IMG/VR virus record: IMGVR_UViG_3300035523_000006
Location: 1 to 55,579 of that record
Reading direction: 5' to 3' (one strand)
DNA: 55,579 nt
Origin: a virus
Lineage: Duplodnaviria; Caudoviricetes
The position numbers and the translations under genes were made by a program. This document shows, one piece after another, positions 46,247 to 54,799 of the stretch; the first letter of the stretch is position 1, and every line of letters starts with the position of its first letter. The notes beneath the pieces were generated by a model. It had not been told where the DNA came from and made no database searches. It saw nothing but the letters and a program-made list of their open reading frames with translations.

Positions 46247-47167
46247 TCAGCGGCGTTTGTCCATCCGCTCGCGTCTCTTCGCCGCGTATTCCTCGGGCGT
46301 CAAGTCACTCAGGGACTTCGTGTTGGTCGCACTGCCGCCGCCCACCTTCGTCACCGGCTTTGGAAGCGGCGCCGCAGCGGGTTTCGCAGTACGTTGCTTG
46401 AGGAACTGGCTGTGTTGCAGTGCCGTATCGAAGACCTTCGCAACCTGTGGCGCGCTGATGAAAAGCTGCCGCAGCGTCTCGGGTTCAACCCCGTTGGACC
46501 GTGCGAAATCCTGTAGCTCTGCGTACTTCTTGGGGGACCAGTTCTTTACCTCGCGCATCACCACCGCCTCAGCGTCATTGGCGCGCTTAGAGGCCATGCT
46601 CTGCGCTGCCAACTGCATCTGCTGATTTTTCTGCGCCAAAGAGTTCGCCAACTGTCCGCGAGCGGTTTGTAGTTGCGTGAACTCCATCAGGGCCTCTTGG
46701 CCCTTTACCGGGTCTTGCGCGGCAATCGCGCGCATGTTCTGCGCCAGCCATGCCATGCGGTCGTCCAGCCCGTGCAGTTGCGCGATCTCTCGCACGTTCT
46801 CCTGCTGGAACTGTCGGAACTGCTGGAGTTGCTCGCGCTCGCCCTCGATTGCCCGGCGTTGCTCGGCTACCTCCTGCGTCTTCTGGGTGTAATCCTTCTG
46901 ACGGAGAAAGGCGTCCTTGAGCTTCTTGGGGATCTTGAGCTTTTCGCCCTCGTAGTCGATTTCCTCGCTGTCGTCCTCTGCGGGAAGCAGGGCGGCGGCG
47001 TCGGAGTCGTCGGCTAGAAGCGAGCCAGATTCCTCGGCTGCGTCCGTTTCCGGAGCTGCGTTGGCTTCTGGGGGTGCGGTGTTATCCACCGCAGGAGCAG
47101 CGAAGAGGCTTGCTGCATCCGGGGCGGAATTCTGCGGGGCCGCAGATTGTTCCTGAGAGTCTGACAT
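46247..47167 (-). CDS. scaffolding protein
   Basis: Acidic N-terminus, LRQKDYTQKTQ.VAEQR, coiled coil; precedes the coat gene. Confidence 0.85.
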   Translation of the reverse strand: MSDSQEQSAAPQNSAPDAASLFAAPAVDNTAPPEANAAPETDAAEESGSLLADDSDAAALLPAEDDSEEIDYEGEKLKIPKKLKDAFLRQKDYTQKTQEVAEQRRAIEGEREQLQQFRQFQQENVREIAQLHGLDDRMAWLAQNMRAIAAQDPVKGQEALMEFTQLQTARGQLANSLAQKNQQMQLAAQSMASKRANDAEAVVMREVKNWSPKKYAELQDFARSNGVEPETLRQLFISAPQVAKVFDTALQHSQFLKQRTAKPAAAPLPKPVTKVGGGSATNTKSLSDLTPEEYAAKRRERMDKRR

Positions 47168-47206
47168 TGAATGTCCTATGGGCGTCTCGCGACGGACCAT
47201 TGCTCC

Positions 47207-47234
47207 AATAAGAAAGCCGCCCGGAGGCGGCTCT
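47207..47234 (-). terminator. intrinsic terminator
   Basis: AGCCGCC-TCCG-GGCGGCT followed by TTCTTATT. Confidence 0.75.
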
Positions 47235-47268
47235 ACTCAGCGCGGGAGCTGTTCGCGCTTGGGTTCTA

Positions 47269-47805
47269 TCAATCTTTCAGCGCCAGCGTGTCAATGCCGT
47301 TGCCGCAACCTTGGCATACAACCGAAGCGATCTCGACCGCCTTACGCGCATCGAAGCCGCAAAGCATGACCGCCATTGCGGCCTCTGAGCCGACGCCTAC
47401 TGCGTATTGCTCGTTGAGCAGTTCAATCGGGTACGGAGTGCGCTGATACAGCCGCACAGCGCCGTCCCTCGTTATCGACAGCAGGCTTGAGTGACCGTCC
47501 TTGTCGCGCTGGCTTTCCGGGAAATCGGCCACGCTCGCGCCGGCCATGAACCACAGCGCGCCGTCCATAGCCTCAACGACTGGATAGCCGCCGAACTTCT
47601 GTTTCGCGTGCTTAAAGCTCGCAGCCGTGCCCAGCAAGCGCCAGTTCTTCACGCGATGCCAGCGCACAACCTTGCCCTCGGCGTCGATGCTCGTCTCGCC
47701 CGTTGGCTCGGTGATCGGCGCGCAGCGGTACACGCGCATACGCTCGGCGCCGCAGTCGCAGCACAGCATGCCAGCGCCAGTGGAGCAGTCGAGAGCGTGT
47801 TTCAT
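47269..47805 (-). CDS. chimeric protein with C-terminal half of an Ntn-hydrolase-like domain
   Basis: AVG.GS..AMA.M.CG.DA.KAVEIA C-terminus; no N-terminal Thr-start segment. Confidence 0.5.
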   Translation of the reverse strand: MKHALDCSTGAGMLCCDCGAERMRVYRCAPITEPTGETSIDAEGKVVRWHRVKNWRLLGTAASFKHAKQKFGGYPVVEAMDGALWFMAGASVADFPESQRDKDGHSSLLSITRDGAVRLYQRTPYPIELLNEQYAVGVGSEAAMAVMLCGFDARKAVEIASVVCQGCGNGIDTLALKD

Positions 47806-50303
47806 GCGCCCATGCCGTCAGGCGGCATCGTTTGTTGACCCATCGCAGCACCTTGCATCGGCATTGCGCCCATATCGCAGCCCTCGCCCGCATCCATCGG
47901 CTCGGATTCACCAGCCGCAAGCATCTGCCCGCCCATCTCGCCGGATTCCGCGCTTTGCGGGGTCGTCGTGAGCGCTTCCTGCACCGTTTTCATCACCAGC
48001 GCCTGAATCGACACCGGATCAAGCGTCGTCCCGAGCACCTTCAGCCGCTCAGTCTCGGCGTTGTATTCGGCAACGCGCATTTCGCGCTCGGCCAACTCGT
48101 GCGCCGCAGCCTTGAACGGGTCGATTTGCTGCGGCTGCATCACTTCGGGCTTCATCACCTCCGCGCGGCGCGTTTCGGCCTCGAATTGCTTGACCTGGAC
48201 CTCTTGCGCCTTGATCTGCAGCTCGCCTTGCTTGTCCTGGACCTGCTTTGTCAGCCCGCCAATCTGCTGCTGCAACTGCCCGATAGCCTGTTTCGCCTGC
48301 GCGTCCTGCTGCTGCAGCATGTTCTGCAGGTTCTGCACCATCGGATTGATCTGCCCCGCAGCCTGCGGCGGCAACACCGCCTTGAGACGCTGCGCAACCT
48401 GCTCCGCGCCGGGCCAATCCAGATTCTTCGCGAGCAGATCGCCAATGAGCGGCGCCGACTGCGGGAAGATGCGGATGAATTCCATCATCTGCTGGCTGGC
48501 TTCCTCGCGCCTAGTCGCAAAGCCAGGACCAGCCGTCACGGTCACGTCGTATTTGCCCGTCGTGAGGTCGAAAACCTTCGTGATCTTGCGCAGGTGCTCC
48601 AGCGCTTCGGGTGGCAGTTGCGCGGTCAACTCCGGCGTGACCGGAACGTACTCGGGCGGGCCTCCGGCCTCTTCCTGCGGCTCTTGCTGCGTCGGAGCGC
48701 CCATCGGCGGCATTGGCCCTTGCATCGGTCCTTGCGGGCCTTGCGGCGGCATTCCCGGCCCCATCGGAGCCGGACCCATCGGACCCATCTGCGGGGGCAT
48801 CGGCTGCGGCATCGGCTGCTGCAGTTTGCGCACCTCCTGCGCCGGGGCAACCTCCTGATTAACCGGAACCGCGTAGGTCGTGCCGTCCTCCTGCACGCAT
48901 CGCATGATCCGCTGCGCGCTGTACACCTTCGGGATCAGATCGATGATGATCCGCCCACCGTGCTCAACAGCCCGGTTGCGGTTGTCGATGAAATCGAACG
49001 TGGCAACGTCGCTTTGCCGATCGCGCGCATTGATCGCTCGCCCGCTCGTCTCGTTTGAGCGCTGGCCGAGGCTGGCGTCGTAAATGTTCATGATCGACTT
49101 CATGTCGTCTTGAGCATTCGCCGCCTCTTGCAGCGCACCGGCCGGAACGCCGGCAAAAGGCTGGCGCTGCGGGTACATGCCTTCAGCACCCGGCACCACG
49201 TCAAACTCGATGTACTGATGCGCGACACGGTTGGCCGTCTGCCACTTCGCATGATCGGTGACGAACATCCCGACCGGGCCGACCCACGGCGCTTTCGGGC
49301 TCAGCGCAACCAGTTCCGTCGCCGAGGTGCGCCAGTAGTTGAAGTTGCGCTGCGAGTCCTTGGCGCGGCGAACAAGCGAAATGAAGTAACGCTTGCCGTT
49401 GATGTTCACTTCCTCGCCATACATCGGGACAATCGGGATGTACTTGCCGAGCCAGTCGTTTTCCTCGATTACGTCCGTGCCAGTCAAGATGCGCTGCTTG
49501 ACCTTGTGCGTTTTCGTCTCACGGTCGCCAACAATCGTAATGCCCTGCGCCGTCAGCGCCTCGGCAATCTTGACCATCTCGGCCTCAAACATCACCATGC
49601 CGTTGGACAGCTTGAAGATGCGAGCGTCTACCTTCTCGCGCGTCCAGTATTCGGCTACGCGGATGCCGTCGCCATCGAACCAGTTCTGGTCATCGTAATC
49701 ACCACCGCCGCTCTCGAAGCTCGCCGCCTTCCACTGTTTGCCAAATTTGGCCTCGAAGCTCGCCTTCCGGTACTTCTCTGTCACAAAGGCTCGGTTCCAG
49801 TCAATCGAGGTCGCTTCCTTGGACTCGTAGTCGCCGTACACGCTGAACGGGTTAGAGATGCGAGACAGGCGGATGTCCTGCTCGAATTCGTCCTCCGTCG
49901 CGTAGTCAACGTCAACGCGGAAGTACCCGAGCCCGCAGGAAACCGCGAAGTCGAACGCCGTGTCGTAAACGATGTCCGCTTGGCTCATCGTCTCGATGTT
50001 GCGCACCAGATCTGACAAGATGTTTGCCGTGTCCTTCGTCGCGCCAGAGCCGACCGGCTTGACGTTGATTGCGGGCCGGTTGATCCGGCCGTCGTTCGTG
50101 ACATGCTTGATGAAAGACGGCAGGCGGTTGATCGTCAGGCAGGGGCGCCCCTCTTCGCGGCGCTGGTCGATGTCGCGCTGGTCCCACTGCTTTTCCAGCT
50201 TGGCGAATTCGAGGTCGTCCTGAGACGCCTTGCGCTGCTCAGACTCGTTGTCTAGGCTAGCCTTGAACTCGTCGCGGGCGTCTTTGAGGGTGTCGTTTTC
50301 CAT
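47802..50303 (-). CDS. portal protein (P22 gp1-like)
   Basis: RPCLTINRLP, KYIPIVP.YG, AKDSQR..NYW, SNETSGRAI.AR, GKYDVTV..GP...TRR; ATG at 50303. Confidence 0.92.
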   Translation of the reverse strand: MENDTLKDARDEFKASLDNESEQRKASQDDLEFAKLEKQWDQRDIDQRREEGRPCLTINRLPSFIKHVTNDGRINRPAINVKPVGSGATKDTANILSDLVRNIETMSQADIVYDTAFDFAVSCGLGYFRVDVDYATEDEFEQDIRLSRISNPFSVYGDYESKEATSIDWNRAFVTEKYRKASFEAKFGKQWKAASFESGGGDYDDQNWFDGDGIRVAEYWTREKVDARIFKLSNGMVMFEAEMVKIAEALTAQGITIVGDRETKTHKVKQRILTGTDVIEENDWLGKYIPIVPMYGEEVNINGKRYFISLVRRAKDSQRNFNYWRTSATELVALSPKAPWVGPVGMFVTDHAKWQTANRVAHQYIEFDVVPGAEGMYPQRQPFAGVPAGALQEAANAQDDMKSIMNIYDASLGQRSNETSGRAINARDRQSDVATFDFIDNRNRAVEHGGRIIIDLIPKVYSAQRIMRCVQEDGTTYAVPVNQEVAPAQEVRKLQQPMPQPMPPQMGPMGPAPMGPGMPPQGPQGPMQGPMPPMGAPTQQEPQEEAGGPPEYVPVTPELTAQLPPEALEHLRKITKVFDLTTGKYDVTVTAGPGFATRREEASQQMMEFIRIFPQSAPLIGDLLAKNLDWPGAEQVAQRLKAVLPPQAAGQINPMVQNLQNMLQQQDAQAKQAIGQLQQQIGGLTKQVQDKQGELQIKAQEVQVKQFEAETRRAEVMKPEVMQPQQIDPFKAAAHELAEREMRVAEYNAETERLKVLGTTLDPVSIQALVMKTVQEALTTTPQSAESGEMGGQMLAAGESEPMDAGEGCDMGAMPMQGAAMGQQTMPPDGMGA

Positions 50304-50340
50304 TTTTCTCCGGCGTCTCTCGACGTTGGGAGGGCGGGTG

Positions 50341-51561
50341 TTAGCCCATCCAAGAGGTTCTGACAGGCGGCGTGATCGCCCGCTTGATCGCTTTGCCGGC
50401 TCGCCTCGCTCCCTCGCAGGCATACCGCAGCGCATCAATCGTGTGGTTGTTTTTGTCTTCCAGAATTGGAATGACTACGCCAGTCAGCGGGTCGGTCTTG
50501 TAGCAATACATCGTCAGTTCGTCGATGACGTGCTGACAGCGCGGATGCACCACGATATCGAAGCTGCGAAGGAACTCGACGCCTTCCTCCAACGACTTGG
50601 CGCCCTTGATCGCCGCCGTCATCTTCGGGAAACCGTTCTTCTGCATGTGGCTGATCGTTTCAGGCCGCGCCGAGTCGGCCACAATCGGCCACTTCTCAGC
50701 CTCCGGCACCGAAAAAAACAACTCCGGCAGGTTCACGATCTCACAGCCGACGCGGTACGCCTCGTAATCGACGTACAGCCGGTTTTCCTCAATCGAGCAG
50801 CGCACCAGCACGCTCGGATCAATCGAAAAGCCCCAATCAGCACCTAGCCGGTGAATCGTGCCTTTGGGCCGCTCGAATTCCTCAATCGTCCAGTTCTTGA
50901 AGACCCGCGCCTCAGAGTTGCGCTGGTACTCGCCTAGCCAGATATGCGCGTACTTCTCCGGGTCGCGCTTCCGGTCGTACTCAAGCTCCGCTCTCAGTTC
51001 CTCGGGGAGCCATGGGTTATCGCTGTAGTTCGCCTGCACCACAACCGCGCCAGGTGGCGGGCTTTCTCCGCGCAGGAGAACGTCAATCGGATCGGTCGGC
51101 AGGTTCGGGTTCCACGAGAACCACAGTTCGGAGCCGGCCTTGCGAATCGTCGGCCGGATCAGGTCAAGGCTGCGCTGACTCAGCGACTGCGCCTCTTCCC
51201 CCCATAGAACGTCATAGCCCTCCAGCGACTTGATCGACTCGCTGGTGTGGTCCTGCAACCCCTGGAAGATGATGACGCCGCCATGAACGCTTTTAATCTT
51301 GCTATCCAGAACCTCGAAGTAGGCCCCGGCGTTCATGCTGGCGATCTTGCTGGCAAGCAGCTTCTTGACCGACTGCTCCAGCGACTTCTGAATCTCACGG
51401 GCGCAGACCGCATCGGTCTTCGCCATCACCGAGCGCTCAATCAACAGCTCGGCGAAGAAGTGCGACTTACCGGATCCACGGCCACCGTGAGCACCTTTGT
51501 AGCGCGCAGGCTCTAGCAGCGGCTCGAAGACTGCCGCCGTCTCTATCGTGAGCGCCGTCAC
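50341..51561 (-). CDS. terL: terminase large subunit (PBSX family)
   Basis: GGRGSGKS Walker A, W.EEA Walker B, GADWGF..DP, NH.IDALRYA. Confidence 0.95.
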   Translation of the reverse strand: MTALTIETAAVFEPLLEPARYKGAHGGRGSGKSHFFAELLIERSVMAKTDAVCAREIQKSLEQSVKKLLASKIASMNAGAYFEVLDSKIKSVHGGVIIFQGLQDHTSESIKSLEGYDVLWGEEAQSLSQRSLDLIRPTIRKAGSELWFSWNPNLPTDPIDVLLRGESPPPGAVVVQANYSDNPWLPEELRAELEYDRKRDPEKYAHIWLGEYQRNSEARVFKNWTIEEFERPKGTIHRLGADWGFSIDPSVLVRCSIEENRLYVDYEAYRVGCEIVNLPELFFSVPEAEKWPIVADSARPETISHMQKNGFPKMTAAIKGAKSLEEGVEFLRSFDIVVHPRCQHVIDELTMYCYKTDPLTGVVIPILEDKNNHTIDALRYACEGARRAGKAIKRAITPPVRTSWMG

Positions 51562-51664
51562 TGCTTAAAAACTAAGCAGATTTCCGCGAACCCCTGTCTC
51601 AGCCCGCGTTTCACGGCACTTTTTCGGCGAAATGAATACTTGCGCATTGCAAAGTTATCCACAG

Positions 51665-51982
51665 TCACGCCTTGACGATTCGCCGAACGATCTCAGAGAA
51701 CAGGTGTTCGCCGTTCTCGCCTGGACCGACAATCGACTGCTCCGGCTTACCCCAGCCTCGATCAAGCAGCGCATTGGCCGCTGCCACCTTGCCAGCCGCG
51801 CTGTCGGACTCCAGCACTTCAACCAGCGCCGCGACAGCAGACGCGGTGTACTGCCTTGCCAGCTCGCGGACGTGCTTTACGTCCTCGGGCAGCTTTGGTC
51901 TGCCACCCGGATTGCCGCTCTTGCCTTTCGGAAAGGACCGGCCACGCGGTTTTTTACTGCTCTCAGCGGCTTTGTTAGCCAC
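51665..51982 (-). CDS. terS: terminase small subunit (DUF5681-type)
   Basis: F.KGKSGNPGGRPK; AA..LLDRGWGKP.Q; upstream of terL. Confidence 0.8.
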   Translation of the reverse strand: MANKAAESSKKPRGRSFPKGKSGNPGGRPKLPEDVKHVRELARQYTASAVAALVEVLESDSAAGKVAAANALLDRGWGKPEQSIVGPGENGEHLFSEIVRRIVKA

Positions 51983-52268
51983 GACTAACTTTCGTATACG
52001 GCCCGCGATCCACGAGGTAGGTCCCGTTCTTCACATGCCCGTGCGAGCGCAGGAGCATGGCGAGACGGCGCTTACCCTCAACGTGAATCACGCATTCGTC
52101 GCCCACTCTCCGGGGCGGGAGCGATTCAAAGAGCGGCTTGTCGTCAAGCTCGGAGGCAACGGGCACTAGCCCGGATCCGCTGAAGGACACGCAAAAGCGG
52201 TTTGCCCTGCGGCGGAACAGTTCTGGTTGTTTGCTCATAGTACGAATCCCTCGCGGGTTGTTCGCTGG

Positions 52269-52529
52269 TTAAGCGCGTTCCTCGTTGCAATGGACCAACT
52301 CAATCCCGAGTGCCGCCAAGGATTGATGCGCCGCCAAGATCCTCTCAATCAGCTCTTTGCGCACTGCGTCACTCGGGACGGCAACGTTAATCGTCTCCTG
52401 GTCGAAAGCCTCACGAACCACAAACGGCACCGTCCATCCTTGCAGACGGTCTTTCGCCGCTTCGTACTGGCGAACCTTGCGCGCCAACTCCAGTGCGGAA
52501 TACAGTTGATCGATGGTGAGTTTCTTCAT
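52269..52529 (-). CDS. hypothetical protein
   Basis: AGGA RBS; late-strand ORF. Confidence 0.5.
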   Translation of the reverse strand: MKKLTIDQLYSALELARKVRQYEAAKDRLQGWTVPFVVREAFDQETINVAVPSDAVRKELIERILAAHQSLAALGIELVHCNEERA

Positions 52530-52565
52530 GGTGCGATTCCTCTAGGGTTGTTCGCGGTCACTAAC

Positions 52566-53027
52566 TTAGATCTGCGCGATGGCGTAAGCCTCGACCGTCT
52601 TCACGGCGGCGCTAGTCGGGGTGTAAGCGGCGTTGGTCACGAGGTAGCCCCAGACGCCGTTATCGCCTGCGCGGATCTGCTTGTTCACTTGATCGGTGCC
52701 GACGTACAGGGTCGAGCCAACATCAACCGGTGAGCCCATGCTGATCGAGCCAAGGTAGTTGTCGCGGTCACCAGCCGGCAAGTCCCATGCGGCGTTGTCG
52801 GGAAGGGCGCTGGGCGGATCGGCGTTGTAGAGATGCAGCGTGAAGCTGGCCATGCCCGCAGGGATGCTCGTCACGTGGATCGCCAGGGCAACCGACGTAA
52901 TCATCAGGTCGTATTTGTTGACCGGCATGCCTTTGAGCTTGAACGCGCCGCCGGCTACTACGTCACCAGCCGCGTAGGCGGTGGTATCGGCCGGGCGGGT
53001 CAGTGTTGATTTGGATTTGTATGCCAT
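52566..53027 (-). CDS. putative virion beta-sandwich protein
   Basis: TRPADTTAYAAGDVV; GGAG RBS; shares the leader hairpin of the head genes. Confidence 0.65.
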   Translation of the reverse strand: MAYKSKSTLTRPADTTAYAAGDVVAGGAFKLKGMPVNKYDLMITSVALAIHVTSIPAGMASFTLHLYNADPPSALPDNAAWDLPAGDRDNYLGSISMGSPVDVGSTLYVGTDQVNKQIRAGDNGVWGYLVTNAAYTPTSAAVKTVEAYAIAQI

Positions 53028-53245
53028 GTTCTACTCCGGCGCCTCGCGGCGTTAGAAGTGGTGGGAAAAGGGCTGGGCAGACGATTGCTTGTTGCGAGGT
53101 GGTGAGCGTCGAAGGCCCTCTAACCGGGCAATGCTCCCTGAGTGCTGCTTGCTCTCGCTGCCCATGCGGGTGGCGTCGATTGACGCGAATTCAGTTCAAT
53201 GCCGATTTGGTTTCGGCCTTACGGTGTCTGCGGGTTTACGCGCGG

Positions 53246-53554
53246 TCAGCACAGAACCGTGCCGGGCGGGAAGTGCTTGGCGATGTCCTGCAGCGTCCAC
53301 GAATAGGGATCGGGCGTCTGCGGAATCGGGCTGAGCGGCATCAGGCGAGCGGTTCCCTGCTCAAGCCGCGCCAGCCGCCCGCGCAGATCGTCCACTTCCC
53401 GGCGCAGTCGCTCAACCTCCGATGGCATAGCGGGCGCTTCCATGTCGCTGCGCCTCTGCTCGCAGTGGCAGAACGCCCCGGCGAAGCCATAGGCTTTGTT
53501 CGGCTCGGCGATCAGCCCGCCGCAGTGCTGGCAAGCGGTGTTGTATTGGCGCAT
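53246..53554 (-). CDS. hypothetical protein
   Basis: ATG at 53554; CxxC...CxC followed by a coiled coil. Confidence 0.5.
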   Translation of the reverse strand: MRQYNTACQHCGGLIAEPNKAYGFAGAFCHCEQRRSDMEAPAMPSEVERLRREVDDLRGRLARLEQGTARLMPLSPIPQTPDPYSWTLQDIAKHFPPGTVLC

Positions 53555-53581
53555 AGGAGGGCGGCGGCTTTGTTGCGCCGC

Positions 53582-53721
53582 AAAAGGAAAGCCCGCGTAT
53601 GGCGGGCTCTTGGGTGAGGGGTGCCGGGTCGCCCCGCCGTGAATGTCTGGCAAGACGTGAGGCTCCGAAAGCAAAGCGGCCCGGCGAACTCTGTTATACC
53701 GAAAGTCGATAGCGCCGTCCA
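53582..53721 (-). ncRNA. candidate ~100-nt sRNA with its own promoter and terminator (RNA C)
   Basis: TGGACG-17-TATAAC (53721-53693), GCCGGG/CCCGGC-closed multiloop, terminator GCCCGC-CATAC-GCGGGC-TTTCCTTTT. Confidence 0.5.
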
Positions 53722-53734
53722 GATATATCAATCC

Positions 53735-54085
53735 GGCATAGCTTAGGGAACGGGGCAAGACCCTAGGATGGACTTCCCTAGGCTGTCAGACTCTTTGCCC
53801 TGCGTTGTCCTGCCGGGGGAGGCGCGTAGCCTCTGGAGTCGTCTTGTGCAGTACCCTGTCTGTCTATCGAGGAACCCGTAACGTGGGCGATCCGCTTCAC
53901 CGCTTGCGCGGCGTCCATTTTCCTAGAGCCTCGTTTTGCCGTTTCACAGGGGATTACGGCCCGCCGGTCTTGCCATTGCAGCGGGTAGCGGTTCGCCGCT
54001 ACACGTCCACCTCTTTGATCCGTTCGGTTCAGTGGAGTACCAATGTCACGGCCCGGAGTGCCGCCAGCCTTTTACGTGGGCCAGA
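53735..54085 (-). ncRNA. candidate structured RNA B
   Basis: No credible ORF; multiple hairpins including CCGC-GCAA-GCGG; motif blocks shared with RNA A. Confidence 0.5.
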
Positions 54086-54088
54086 AAC

Positions 54089-54112
54089 GCAAAAACCGCC
54101 ACAAGGGCGGTT
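54089..54112 (-). terminator. tR'-like terminator
   Basis: AACCGCC-CTTGT-GGCGGTT followed by TTT. Confidence 0.75.
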
Positions 54113-54241
54113 CAGGGAAATCGGAGACGAGTTCGTCCATCGCAGTTCGATCCCCTTTCGGGGCATCGGCTCGGATGGTCGGGTGCGACAGGTCAAGCGG
54201 CCTGTGCGGTCCCTAGGGCCACTTCGCGCGGTCCTTGCGCG

Positions 54242-54270
54242 ATTATCGACCCTTGTCAAGTGGTAGTCAA
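54242..54270 (-). promoter_or_regulatory. late promoter (pR'-like, sigma70)
   Basis: TTGACT-17 nt-GATAAT, downstream of the Q-like gene, with a terminator about 130-145 nt later. Confidence 0.75.
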
Positions 54271-54286
54271 GCGTTTTTAGTGGTTT

Positions 54287-54757
54287 TCACGCTTTTAGGC
54301 ACGCCGGACAGTTTTTGCTCATACCGATGCCGCGGACGCACCGTCCTGGAGCAAGCGGGTGATCCGGCCGCAAGGCGTTGCTTTTCTCCGCCCCGCAATC
54401 ACAAGGGCCGGCCGGAAACGCTGGCTCGTTATGAACGGCGCAGTCGCTCGCGTGGCCGCAACAAGACGACGATTCAGTCTCCGTCAGGAACGCATACAAA
54501 TCATGCGTTTCCTTGCGGTGCGGCATGTGCTGCGCCATCGCAACAGCGGCCTCTTTAGCCGCCTGCCGAAGAGCCAGCAGCTCGCCCTCCAGCAGCTTGA
54601 CTTCGCGCGCCCCATTCGGCCGGACCTTCGCTAGGTCGTTCTTGTGGCAGTACATCGTCAGCGTCGAATCGTTGTCCAACGCTACGTCTGCAACCATCAT
54701 CCCCTCGCCCCATTCGGTGCGCGTCGGAGCCGTCGACCATTTCAGTTCATCGCCCAT
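54287..54757 (-). CDS. hypothetical protein
   Basis: ATG at 54757; HASDCAVHNEPA.PAGPCDCG motif. Confidence 0.6.
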   Translation of the reverse strand: MGDELKWSTAPTRTEWGEGMMVADVALDNDSTLTMYCHKNDLAKVRPNGAREVKLLEGELLALRQAAKEAAVAMAQHMPHRKETHDLYAFLTETESSSCCGHASDCAVHNEPAFPAGPCDCGAEKSNALRPDHPLAPGRCVRGIGMSKNCPACLKA

Positions 54758-54799
54758 GTTTCGCCCTTTCGCCCCGTATTCAGGGTATTTGGTATTCCT

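Noticed and set aside
47832-50015. Long plus-strand ORFs opposite the portal (also 38144-39382 and 23211-24245)
   Set aside because: Antisense shadow ORFs produced by high-GC codon bias.
53098-53140. tRNA gene
   Set aside because: Too short and lacks complete D and T arms; kept only as a weak structured-RNA candidate.
53770-53782. GGGAAGTCC resembling the RNase P P4 motif
   Set aside because: No matching 3' P4 strand, and it sits near the 3' end of the tract.
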